The notes beneath the pieces are model-generated. The model was not told the DNA's origin. It searched no databases and was given only the letters and a program-made list of their open reading frames with translations. A stretch of DNA of 32,871 nt from Syntrophobacteria bacterium (lineage in GTDB: Bacteria; Desulfobacterota; Syntrophobacteria; BM002), in the NCBI GenBank assembly GCA_046538315.1, contig JBKHJD010000001.1, positions 1-32,871 of the forward strand, given 5' to 3'. Below are positions 24,226-32,733 of this stretch, one piece after another (positions within the stretch are counted from its first letter, which is position 1; each line of letters begins with the position of its first letter). The translations under genes were made by a program, and so were the position numbers.

Positions 24226-24750
24226 ATGGACAAACAGAGCAAGACCCTTGAAATCGTGCGCCGTATCGGCGCGCCCAGAGCCGAAAAGATAAGGATAAGC
24301 GGCATCCTCCACAGCCCGGAACTCGCCCTTCTAACTGTACTGCTTCCTGCTGACGACGGCAGTTCTTCAGCCACGTTCTTGAGTTTGCTGGGCGCTTACA
24401 GGATCAATGTTCGCTTTATCAGCAAGTACGAGGACGCCGCCGGCAACGCGGTGCTCAATGTGGGTGTCGAAGCAAACGTGGTAGAGGTGACGCCTGTGGA
24501 TCTGTTTCAGCAGGAGAGGGCCTCTATCGGGATCAAGGAATTTTCGTATCGCCCCGACGTCCGCGTCATTTCCATATACCCCCATAAAGAGCAACCCCAA
24601 GTGGCAAAGCAGCTGTTCGCCACACTGCGCCTGAACGGTATCGAACCCCTTGCCGCCAACAATACCAGTTCGGTGATCTCCTGTGTGATCTGCGGCCAAT
24701 ACCTCCAGCAAGCTCTCAGCTGTCTGGAACAAGTATTCGAGCTACCATGA
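24226..24750 (+). CDS. stand-alone tandem-ACT protein (aspartokinase regulatory-domain-like), paralog 1
   Basis: ORF 24073..24750 trimmed to ATG 24226; the first 51 aa look non-coding. The pattern ISGILHSPELALLTV...LLGAYRINVRFIS ... VRVISIYPHKEQPQVAKQLFATLRLNGIEPLA...SVISCVI resembles two aspartokinase-type ACT repeats. It ends in FELP. Confidence 0.6.
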   Translation: MDKQSKTLEIVRRIGAPRAEKIRISGILHSPELALLTVLLPADDGSSSATFLSLLGAYRINVRFISKYEDAAGNAVLNVGVEANVVEVTPVDLFQQERASIGIKEFSYRPDVRVISIYPHKEQPQVAKQLFATLRLNGIEPLAANNTSSVISCVICGQYLQQALSCLEQVFELP

Positions 24751-24814
24751 GCTTCCATCTTGCTGGATGAAGCCGCAACAACCATAGATAACATCGAAGC
24801 TCACGTCATCCTCC

Positions 24815-25309
24815 ATGAGCCCGGATGAGATCCTGCAAATCTTTCCTGTCAAGACCAAGCGCGGTTTGGTCCAGATCAGTCTCCTGGGCATTCCCAACCG
24901 CCCTGGCACCAGCCGCCCTCTGTTCGATCTTCTCGAACGCCACGGTGTTCCCATCAAGTTTCTCCTCGAAGGCATCAGTAATGATGCCACCCGTGATCTG
25001 GTTATCTGCGTCACCGGCGATGCAATGCTTCGGCTTCAACCGGAAATGGATGACATCAGGGCCAGAATGCAACCTCGCGCGGTGATTATCCGGGAGTCGG
25101 TCGCGGTGATCCGGGTTCTGGGCCCTCATTTCGACATACGTCCCGGTCCTTCGGGCCTGCTCTTCACTGCGCTGGCCCGGGCCGGCATCCAGATTTACAG
25201 CAATGCCACCACCATTACTTCGTCAACCTGTGTCATCCCCGACGATCACGTGGAGGCAGCACTGCGGGCAATCGGCAGAACCTTTGAGATCCCCCGTGGC
25301 AAGCGCTAG
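24815..25309 (+). CDS. stand-alone tandem-ACT protein (aspartokinase regulatory-domain-like), paralog 2
   Basis: LVQISLLGIPNRPGTSRPLFDLLERHGVPIKFL ... VAVIRVLGPHFDIRPGPSGLLFTALARAGIQIYSNATTITSSTCVI is a classical aspartokinase beta-subunit-like ACT pair. It ends in FEIP. No obvious RBS. Confidence 0.65.
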   Translation: MSPDEILQIFPVKTKRGLVQISLLGIPNRPGTSRPLFDLLERHGVPIKFLLEGISNDATRDLVICVTGDAMLRLQPEMDDIRARMQPRAVIIRESVAVIRVLGPHFDIRPGPSGLLFTALARAGIQIYSNATTITSSTCVIPDDHVEAALRAIGRTFEIPRGKR

Positions 25310-25382
25310 AACGAGCACGCTGAGAGACGGAGACGCGGGCGACAACGCTCCGAGTCGACTCAACGGCCACGGCTGGCAGCAA

Positions 25383-27290
25383 CTAATGATCCTGGGTGGC
25401 GGGATCTTCTTTGGGCAGGGTAATGGTGAAGCAGGAGCCCTTGTTTAACTCCGATTCTACCTGGATGGTACCGTCGTGCTCGTGAACGATTTTCTGGGTG
25501 ATGGCCAGACCCAGGCCTGTACCCCGGGCACCTTTGGTGCTGTAGAGGTTCTTGAAGATTTTTTGCTGGAGTTCCTTGCTCATACCCTTGCCGGTGTCCC
25601 TGACATCCAGACGCACTCCGGCCTCGGCCTGGTCCCGGGTGGAGATGGTTATCCGGCCCCCGCCGCCGCCTTCCGGAAAGGCCTCGATGGCGTTGGTAAC
25701 AAGGTTCAGCAGACAGGTGTTGATTCCCTCGGGGTCTACAGTTACCTCGGCTAGAGAGCTATCCAGATCAGAGACCAGGCTGATCTGCCGTTGCCGGGCC
25801 TTCTCCGCCATCAACTCGCAGACTTCACTTACAAGAGTGTTCAGGCAACACTTCTGGCGAGCAGGCGGCCCGCTGCGGGCATAGCTCAGCATGTCCAGAG
25901 TCATTTTAGATATCCGGTCGATGTTCTTTCTTACCAGTTTCCAGCCTTTCTGAAGCAGCTCGGGTTTTTCGCCGTTCAGGCCCTTGTCCACCATGAAGGC
26001 CCCGAGTTTCATGCCGTGGAGAATGTTTTTCACCCCATGAGCAATACCCGCCATGGCCTGGCCCATGGCGGCCATACGCGCACTCTGGATGAGCTCCTGT
26101 TCCAGACGCTTGACCTCCCGCATATCCTTGAAGTAACCCACGGTCGCCACTTCTCGACCTTCCTCATAGAGCAGGGTCGCGGAGAGCAAGATAGGTACTC
26201 TACTGCCGTCTTTTCTGATTACATCCACTTCATAGTTCACCAAACGGCCGGAACCGCCGCATTCAGGACTGTAGGTCATCTTTTTGATTTTTCTTGCTTG
26301 GCCCTTCGGATAAAGCTCGCTGACATGGATACCGGACAGGGCCTCATCTCGGGTGTAACCGAAGATACGTTCGGCTCCCTCGTTGAAAATGATAATGTTT
26401 CCCTGGGGGTCATTGGCGATGATACCGTCCATGGAGGTCTGAATAAGGTTGTGCTCGAACTCGTAGCGTTTTATGAGTTCCCCTTCCAGCCGCTTGACCT
26501 CGCGCATGTCCTTGAAGTACCCCACGGTGGCCACCTCCCGGCCCTCCTCATAGAGCAGGGTCGCGGAGAGTAAAATGGGGATCGGTTCGCCGCTTTTGGA
26601 GAGCATATTCACTTCATAGTTGATCAGACGGCCGGCTCCCCCGTATTCGGGCCCATAGATCTTCTTCTTGATCTTCCTGGCCTCGCCTTCAGGGTATAGC
26701 TGACTCACGTGCAACTGGGTGATGGCCTCCTCCCGGGTGTAGCCGCAGATACGTTCAGCCCCTTCATTGAACAGGATGATGTCGCCGTCCCGATCATTGG
26801 CAATGATGCCGTCCATGGATGTCTGGACAAGGTTACGCTCAAATACGTCGATCTTTTTCATTTCATCTGAGGTTTCCTTGACCTTGCCTTCCAGCTTTTC
26901 CGTGTATTCCCGGAGCTTGCTCCGTAGCCAGATCTTTTCCTTGCTGCGCCGCAGGGCAACGGCAAGAGCCTTGTCGCTGATGGGCTTGTGGATGAAATCC
27001 GATGCCTCAAGCTGGAGGGCCTGAATCGCCAGGTCCATCTCCCCATAGCCGGTGATAACGATGACTTCTGCATCAGGGTTCTGTGCTTTTACTCGCCTGA
27101 GTACCTCGATTCCATCCATGCCGGGCATCTTGATGTCCGTTAACACGACAGGCGGGTTTTCTTTTGCAAAGATCCTGAGCCCATGGTACCCGTCCTCGGC
27201 AGCAAGCACCGTATAGCCGTCGCTTTCCAGGGAAATTTTCAGGAGGTCCCGCGTGCTTTGCTCATCGTCGATCACCAGAAGTTTCGTCAT
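25383..27290 (-). CDS. hybrid sensor: N-terminal receiver (REC), two PAS domains, histidine kinase (HisKA-like plus HATPase)
   Basis: I chose ATG 27290 (MTKLLVIDDE) with GGAGGA upstream; the track ORF starts at GTG 27311. The REC domain has DDE...D(I)KMPGMDG. There are two 128-aa PAS repeats. The H-box is GIAHGVKNILHG and the G-boxes are DTGKGM and GTGLGLAI. Confidence 0.85.
   Translation of the reverse strand: MTKLLVIDDEQSTRDLLKISLESDGYTVLAAEDGYHGLRIFAKENPPVVLTDIKMPGMDGIEVLRRVKAQNPDAEVIVITGYGEMDLAIQALQLEASDFIHKPISDKALAVALRRSKEKIWLRSKLREYTEKLEGKVKETSDEMKKIDVFERNLVQTSMDGIIANDRDGDIILFNEGAERICGYTREEAITQLHVSQLYPEGEARKIKKKIYGPEYGGAGRLINYEVNMLSKSGEPIPILLSATLLYEEGREVATVGYFKDMREVKRLEGELIKRYEFEHNLIQTSMDGIIANDPQGNIIIFNEGAERIFGYTRDEALSGIHVSELYPKGQARKIKKMTYSPECGGSGRLVNYEVDVIRKDGSRVPILLSATLLYEEGREVATVGYFKDMREVKRLEQELIQSARMAAMGQAMAGIAHGVKNILHGMKLGAFMVDKGLNGEKPELLQKGWKLVRKNIDRISKMTLDMLSYARSGPPARQKCCLNTLVSEVCELMAEKARQRQISLVSDLDSSLAEVTVDPEGINTCLLNLVTNAIEAFPEGGGGGRITISTRDQAEAGVRLDVRDTGKGMSKELQQKIFKNLYSTKGARGTGLGLAITQKIVHEHDGTIQVESELNKGSCFTITLPKEDPATQDH
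26076..26843 (-). repeat. tandem 384-bp (128-aa) intragenic duplication encoding the two PAS modules
   Basis: Unit A is 26460-26843 and unit B is 26076-26459. By hand count 94/128 aa are identical, including an identical 30-aa block LLSATLLYEEGREVATVGYFKDMREVKRLE. CTCATAGAGCAGGGTCGCGGAGAG recurs at 26163 and 26547. Confidence 0.8.
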
Positions 27291-27320
27291 ACCGATCTTT
27301 TCCTCCAGCACATCCTTTAC

Positions 27321-29213
27321 TCAGGTGAGCGCCGGAAAGGTTAATTTGAAGGTGGTGCCGACCCCAACCTCGCTCTCCACCTCAATGTTACCTCCATAAT
27401 CTTTTACGATACCATAACTTATGGACAGGCCCAAGCCTGTGCCCTTGCCTACCTCTTTGGTGGTGAAAAAGGGTTCGAAAATCCTTTCCTTGATGGCCTC
27501 AGGCATGCCCGTGCCCGTATCTGAAACAAGCACCACCACCTTGCCGTCGTCCCGGAAGGAGCGGATGGTCAAGACTCTCTCCTGCTCACCCTGATAGGCG
27601 ACGGTCTGTTTTTCCTCCATAGCGTCACGGGCGTTCATGACCAGATTGATAAAGATCTGTTCCAGGCGGTTGCTGACCCCGAGGACAGGTGGAAGATCCT
27701 CATCCAGTTCCAGGTTCACCTGGATTTGCCTGATGTTGAGCTGCTGACCGAGCATGGTGAAGACATCACGGATGGGCTTATTAATGTCCACCTGTTCCAG
27801 CTCGTCCAGGTCGCTCGTGCGGCTGAACTCCCTGAGATGGTTGATAATACCGGCAGCGCGCTCTACCTGCTCGGAGATTTCCTGAGAGACCTTGGCCAGA
27901 GCCTCCAAGGCGAAGCGCTCGCCCCGGTTCACCATTTTTCTGATAAAGTCACTGCCGATGCGGATGGCATTCAGGGGCTGGTTCAGTTCGTGCGCCACTC
28001 CCGCGGACATCTCGCCCAAGATGGCCATCTTGCCGGCCTGAATCAGCTGGGCTTCGACCTTGATCCGTTCGCTGATGTCCGCCACATTGGCAATGATTAC
28101 CTCTTCACCCAGGTGCTGCCGGGGACAGGAGTGAATGTTCACATGCATAACGCTCCCGTCTTTCTTGCGATGCATGATCTTGGGCAAAAAGATGCAGGCC
28201 TCCACCACCGATGACTTGATCTTATCGACATCCTCTCTGTTGCCCAGATCCAGAAAAGACATCTGGAGCAACTCCTCCCTCGAGTAACCGTATTTCTCTG
28301 TAGCGCGGATGTTGGCATCCAGGATCTGGAAGGTGGAGCGATCGAAAACGAAAATGGGATTGGGGTCGTTATCGAAAAGTGAACGGTATTTTTCCTCTGA
28401 GGCCTTCAATTCCATATCCGAGAGCCGTAGCTGGCTGGTCATCTGGTTGAAAGAACGTGCCAGTGTGCCAATCTCATCATTTGATGAGATGTTGATGGGT
28501 GTGGAAAGGTCTCCGGCGGTAACACGCTCGGTCCCTTCCAGAAGGTCCCTGACTGGATAACTCACAAAACGCTGGATAAAGATACCGATAATCAGGGCAA
28601 TGCCGAGAATGGCCACCACCGCAAAAAGGATCATCTTTTCCTTGCTTCTGGCGATCATCGCGTCCACCCTGGCCAGGGAGACATCAATATCCATGACTCC
28701 CAGGACCTTTTGCTGCCGGGGATGAACATGACAGGGTGCCGAATAACAGTCCGGCTCATTGTAGATGGGATTGATCATGCCCAGTACACGGTGACCAGCT
28801 TCAGTTTCGAAGATTCGGGTTCTGGCTGAAGTGGTCAGCCGTTCAAATGGCTTCTCCCTGGCGTGGCAGGCGTAGCACTGCTCTGCCGATTTGTCCAGCA
28901 TGGTGCCCATCTCTTTTTTGTCGGACGAATAGATAATTTCTCCCACGTAGTTGAAGATGCGCACCTTTTCGATGCCTTCTTGCGCGCCAATGGTGTCAAT
29001 ACCCCGGTGGAGGCGTTCCGGCTGATACTTGAGCATGTCGTAGCGCATGCTGCGCTTGATGGTCTCACTTACCAGATTCGTGCTACAGATGACCTCCTCG
29101 ATGAGCTGATTTCTCTGGGTCTTGATGTTTGCCGACGCATAGATGCTTATAACCAGAACGGCGATGGCGCTCACTGAACAGATCAGCTTAAAACCAAGAC
29201 TGCGGTACCACAT
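27321..29213 (-). CDS. membrane sensor histidine kinase: TM, extracytoplasmic domain with c-type heme motifs, TM, HAMP, PAS, HisKA, HATPase
   Basis: Two TM segments (aa ~9-27 and ~195-215) bracket a ~165-aa domain containing CYACH (28863-28877) and CYSAPCH (28728-28748). HAMP: [14 protein letters not shown]-box: [12 protein letters not shown]-boxes: DTGTGM and GTGLGLSI. Confidence 0.85.
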   Translation of the reverse strand: MWYRSLGFKLICSVSAIAVLVISIYASANIKTQRNQLIEEVICSTNLVSETIKRSMRYDMLKYQPERLHRGIDTIGAQEGIEKVRIFNYVGEIIYSSDKKEMGTMLDKSAEQCYACHAREKPFERLTTSARTRIFETEAGHRVLGMINPIYNEPDCYSAPCHVHPRQQKVLGVMDIDVSLARVDAMIARSKEKMILFAVVAILGIALIIGIFIQRFVSYPVRDLLEGTERVTAGDLSTPINISSNDEIGTLARSFNQMTSQLRLSDMELKASEEKYRSLFDNDPNPIFVFDRSTFQILDANIRATEKYGYSREELLQMSFLDLGNREDVDKIKSSVVEACIFLPKIMHRKKDGSVMHVNIHSCPRQHLGEEVIIANVADISERIKVEAQLIQAGKMAILGEMSAGVAHELNQPLNAIRIGSDFIRKMVNRGERFALEALAKVSQEISEQVERAAGIINHLREFSRTSDLDELEQVDINKPIRDVFTMLGQQLNIRQIQVNLELDEDLPPVLGVSNRLEQIFINLVMNARDAMEEKQTVAYQGEQERVLTIRSFRDDGKVVVLVSDTGTGMPEAIKERIFEPFFTTKEVGKGTGLGLSISYGIVKDYGGNIEVESEVGVGTTFKLTFPALT

Positions 29214-29407
29214 TGTTCTCTGTGATTGTTATGCTAGCCAGGCAATGGCGTCCGTGAAGTATTATGTGGGGCACTGTCCTCCGCTGCCGGGCTGTGGCAA
29301 AGGTTCTGGAGATCGTGGCAGGGGCCTACAAGATGGGAGGACGAAACAATGTCAACTCCCGGTTGTGGGGAAAAGCAGGAAACGGACCAATGGCACAGCA
29401 CTTTACC

Positions 29408-29800
29408 TTACTCCTTGAGAAGGAGTTTCACATTATGGATGAACTCTTCCGGGTCGATAGGTTTTTCCATAAAGATGTCCGCATGGATCCAGTCGAGGTC
29501 CTGATCCAGACTCCGCCCGTATCCTTTTTCCACCGGCGGCCGCGCGGAGACAATCAGGATGGGCATTCCGTAAATGCCCTCTCTGTGTTTGATCTTGGTG
29601 GCAAAATCCAGACCCTCGTGCATGCTTGCCATCATGATGTCAAGTATAAGCAGATCCGGTCTGGTTTCCAGGAGCAACTGGTAGCCGGTCCGTGTATCCA
29701 GCGCGGTGTAAACCTCGTAATTGTAATCGGAGAGTATCTCACTCAAAGCATCACAAATTTCTGGATCATCATCGATAATCACGATCCTCTTCGCACCCAT
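29408..29800 (-). CDS. single-domain response regulator (receiver only, 130 aa)
   Basis: IVIIDDDPE, LLILDIMMA, PILIVSA and a KP motif (FMEKPI). No output domain. Confidence 0.85.
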   Translation of the reverse strand: MGAKRIVIIDDDPEICDALSEILSDYNYEVYTALDTRTGYQLLLETRPDLLILDIMMASMHEGLDFATKIKHREGIYGMPILIVSARPPVEKGYGRSLDQDLDWIHADIFMEKPIDPEEFIHNVKLLLKE

Positions 29801-29848
29801 AAAAGAATTCCTTTATGCCCGAACGACGGATTCCAGAGATTTTCTAGA

Positions 29849-29876
29849 CTATCACAGTTTATCCTAAAAATTCCAA
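29849..29876 (-). promoter_or_regulatory. candidate sigma70 promoter for the receiver/kinase operon
   Basis: On the minus strand: TTGGAA (29871-29876), a 16-nt spacer, then TG-n-GATAGT (extended -10-like, 29849-29854). Confidence 0.25.
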
Positions 29877-29931
29877 TAAAAATTGCACCTTACTGAATTC
29901 CGGGCCGTCGAGCCATATACTGGACAACACT

Positions 29932-30181
29932 TCACAAGGAGGCCGCAATATGGGGGAAAGGTGTAAACGAAACAGACCTTCCGGTGCCTGGGCAGTATTC
30001 ACAACCGTGGCCGGATAGCAGTGTCAGATTGTCGCCTTAGCACCTCGTCCAAGGGATCCTCGCCATATTTTTGCACGAGCAAATCGAATTTTTCCCTCTC
30101 GAAGCGGAAGGCCTCCGTGCACTTGGGACAGACGGTGCGCAGCAGCCGCTTGGCCAGGATGCCCGGCGGGAAATCGGCACA
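29932..30181 (-). pseudogene. decayed C-terminal fragment of a GspE/PilB-type secretion/pilus ATPase
   Basis: Minus-strand frame 29999-30181 reads CADFPPGILAKRLLRTVCPKCTEAFRFEREKFDLLVQKYGEDPLDEV, with no start codon. A shifted frame to 29932 reads GHGCEYCPGTGRSVSF. Together these recall the ILAQRLVRxLCPxC ... GCxxCxxTGYxGR zinc tail of GspE/PilB. There is no ATPase core, because pfk ends at 30201. Confidence 0.5.
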
Positions 30182-30200
30182 GTTCGCCTTTCCTCTGCCC

Positions 30201-31367
30201 TCAATAGAGAAACATTGGTTTTCCCATTACGTGGCGAACCTTGGGCCGGTATTGTTCCACATCGTATAGCTCCCGTACGTCCACTCTCTTCTGGCCGGTG
30301 GTAATACTGCTCAAGGGTACGTCGGTGTATATCCCCTGGCGCAAGGAGAGCATCCGGCCGCTGACATTTCTGAGGACAAGATCGATGGCCATGTGGGCGT
30401 AATTCACTGCCACCATCAGATCAAGAGAATCCGGGGCACCGCTGCGCATCAGGTAGGAGAGCTGCTGATAGATGATGTTCTGCCCGGTGAGCTTCTTGAG
30501 AATTTCACCCGTTACCATACCGATTCCCCCCAACTTGCGATGACCGTAGGCGTCGACCTCACCGTTCTGCATCATCGTGCCGCTCACCATCCTGGCCCCC
30601 TCGCTGATGGTGATCATGGCATAGTTGCTGGGATTGGTGCATTTATCTTCCATAATGAGATCGGCCAACTTCTCCGGGTCGAAGGGAACCTCGGAGATGA
30701 TGGCCCGATCCACGCTGGCCAGGTATGCCGACACCAGTGAGGTCTCACCACAGTACCGGCCAAAGAGCTCCACGACGGCGATACGCTCGTGCGAACCGGT
30801 CGAGGTGCGCAGCGCGTGGATAAAGTTGACACTGCGGGTTACCGCAGTCGAGAAACCGATACAGTAATCCGTACCGAAGACGTCGTTATCCATGGTCTTG
30901 GGAATAGCAACGACAGGAAACCCTTCCTGGTGGAGCCGCTCACCGTAGCTGAGGGTATCGTCACCACCAATGGGAATGAGCACATCGATACCGAGGTAGT
31001 CCAGGTTTCTGAAAACGTGCCCGGTAAAATCGTTGAGGACATCCTGCTTCGCCTGGCCTTTGAGAAACTCTGGAATCTCTCCATACTTCACTTTCGCAGG
31101 ATTCGTTCTCGAGGTATGGAGGTAGGTGCCGCCGGAACGATCTATCGTGCGCACTTGTGACTTGTCCAGTTCGATGATGTTTGTATCTTTGGTCTCGGGA
31201 TCATCAGGGTTGAACGCCAGCAGCCCGCCCCAGCCACGCCGGATCCCCATAACCCTGAGACCTTCTTCGACACCCCGGTACACAAGCGTCTTGATACACG
31301 GATTTAGACCCGGAACATCGCCGCCTCCGGTGAGTATGCCAACTGTACAGGGCTTTTTTTCAACCAT
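30201..31367 (-). CDS. 6-phosphofructokinase, with residues typical of PPi-dependent enzymes
   Basis: ORF trimmed to ATG 31367, with GGTGGAGAAAG upstream. It carries [25 protein letters not shown] and [10 protein letters not shown]. Confidence 0.85.
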   Translation of the reverse strand: MVEKKPCTVGILTGGGDVPGLNPCIKTLVYRGVEEGLRVMGIRRGWGGLLAFNPDDPETKDTNIIELDKSQVRTIDRSGGTYLHTSRTNPAKVKYGEIPEFLKGQAKQDVLNDFTGHVFRNLDYLGIDVLIPIGGDDTLSYGERLHQEGFPVVAIPKTMDNDVFGTDYCIGFSTAVTRSVNFIHALRTSTGSHERIAVVELFGRYCGETSLVSAYLASVDRAIISEVPFDPEKLADLIMEDKCTNPSNYAMITISEGARMVSGTMMQNGEVDAYGHRKLGGIGMVTGEILKKLTGQNIIYQQLSYLMRSGAPDSLDLMVAVNYAHMAIDLVLRNVSGRMLSLRQGIYTDVPLSSITTGQKRVDVRELYDVEQYRPKVRHVMGKPMFLY

Positions 31368-31772
31368 AAGCTTTCTCCACCTCAGGCTGTTCTGCTCTTG
31401 GATTCCAAAAAGAGACCAATCCCCCAACTCCAGGAACAATCATATCGGTCTTCACGATTGATCACAGCTGAAACGCCTTCAATACTGTTACTTTAATCTG
31501 AACGAGCAGCAGGAGTCAATGGAAATGGGCAGGAAGGTGCCGACCCGCCACTCCCCCGGAAGCTCGTACCGCCAGGCCAATTTGTTGGATACGAGCGCTG
31601 GCAACAGGACTTGTCAAATGAGCTGATAACATGTTAGTAAGTTAAAGGCTATTTTTCGATTCCTTTCCCAGAGCCTGCATGTCGAGGATGACGGAATCGG
31701 CGCGAGGCGGGCAGGGATTAAAGGGGAGGAAATGATCCGGATTGAACCGGTATCTTCCAACAGGAGCCTCTG

Positions 31773-32126
31773 ATGCCCCAGCTATCTACTGGTTCGGAGT
31801 CGAGCAAGAAAGTCGTCCTGGCCACCATCGCCAACCAGAAGGATCCCACCCAGGTGGTAGAAATCGTCCACCTTGCCGAAAAAGCGATCTTCGTAACTCG
31901 CGGCCTGACCGCTTATTTCAAGGTCAAGGAAATCGCCGTCCCTCAAAATCTTATGCTCTCGGAAATTAATGAGATAAGCAGGGTCCTGTCGTGGCTTCTG
32001 GAACGTATAGCAACAGCAGGAGATCTTAACCTTTCCTTCAGGTACGAACCTGAGTTCGAGGTGAACAATCGCAGGTATAGCTTGCAGGAAAGTGGTGACT
32101 ACATGGTGCTTACCCGCAACGATTAG
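31773..32126 (+). CDS. hypothetical protein (117 aa)
   Basis: GGAG lies 7 nt upstream of ATG 31773. I recognise no family. It sits 52 nt upstream of the FHA gene on the same strand. Confidence 0.5.
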   Translation: MPQLSTGSESSKKVVLATIANQKDPTQVVEIVHLAEKAIFVTRGLTAYFKVKEIAVPQNLMLSEINEISRVLSWLLERIATAGDLNLSFRYEPEFEVNNRRYSLQESGDYMVLTRND

Positions 32127-32178
32127 CTCTCCGCCCCAACAAGGAGTGCGAGCACGGTGCCGAGCTAGAGAGGTATTG

Positions 32179-32733
32179 ATGGCCGAAAGATTTCAATCGC
32201 TTGCCCATTATATACGCGAAGCAGCGGGGGTTACCTGCAGCGCTTTTCTGGAAGTGCACAAACATCCCGTGCTTCTCTGGTCCAAAGGTGAGCAGTTGCT
32301 CGAGGTGAGCGGCTTTCAATTTGAGACCTTTTCAAATGACTACAACAACGAGCAGCCCGGGGATCCCTCCCCTGCCACCCAATCACAGATCTCCGAAACC
32401 CTGGTCACTGAAATCCGCAAGCACAGCAGTTCCGGTCCAAGTACTATGATATGCGTAGGCCGAGCGGCCAACAACGATATCGTCTTTACCAGCACCACAG
32501 TTTCCAAGCTTCATGCCTACTTTCTCAAGGCCGATGGAGATTCCTATGAGATTGTCGACGCCGACTCCACCAACGGGACCAGGGTAAATAGCCAACAGCT
32601 CCTCGCTTACCAGAATCAGCCCCTGTACAACCGGGACCTTATCCAGTTCGGCCCCTCCATTCAGGTGATGTATCTGAGCCGCCAGGGATTTTACGAGTTC
32701 CTCCAGCACCTGCAACGGTCAGGCATCGTTTGA
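32179..32733 (+). CDS. FHA-domain protein (184 aa)
   Basis: ORF 32092..32733 trimmed to ATG 32179, with GAGAGG upstream. The C-terminal half, ICVGRAANNDIVFTSTTVSKLHAYFLKADGDSYEIVDADSTNGTRVNSQQL, is a canonical FHA pattern (GR...S..HA...D..StNGt.vN). Confidence 0.75.
   Translation: MAERFQSLAHYIREAAGVTCSAFLEVHKHPVLLWSKGEQLLEVSGFQFETFSNDYNNEQPGDPSPATQSQISETLVTEIRKHSSSGPSTMICVGRAANNDIVFTSTTVSKLHAYFLKADGDSYEIVDADSTNGTRVNSQQLLAYQNQPLYNRDLIQFGPSIQVMYLSRQGFYEFLQHLQRSGIV

Noticed and set aside
29381-29396. TGGCAC-N5-TTTA on the plus strand, between the kinase and receiver genes.
   Set aside because: It lacks the -12 GC, points antisense into the receiver gene and has no downstream ORF.
31599-31614. 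A sigma54-like element, TGGCAAC-AGGA-CTTGT, upstream of the 117-aa/FHA genes.
   Set aside because: The -12 element is shifted by one nucleotide relative to the strict GG-N10-GC spacing and reads TTGT rather than TTGC. No enhancer-binding protein is encoded in the window.
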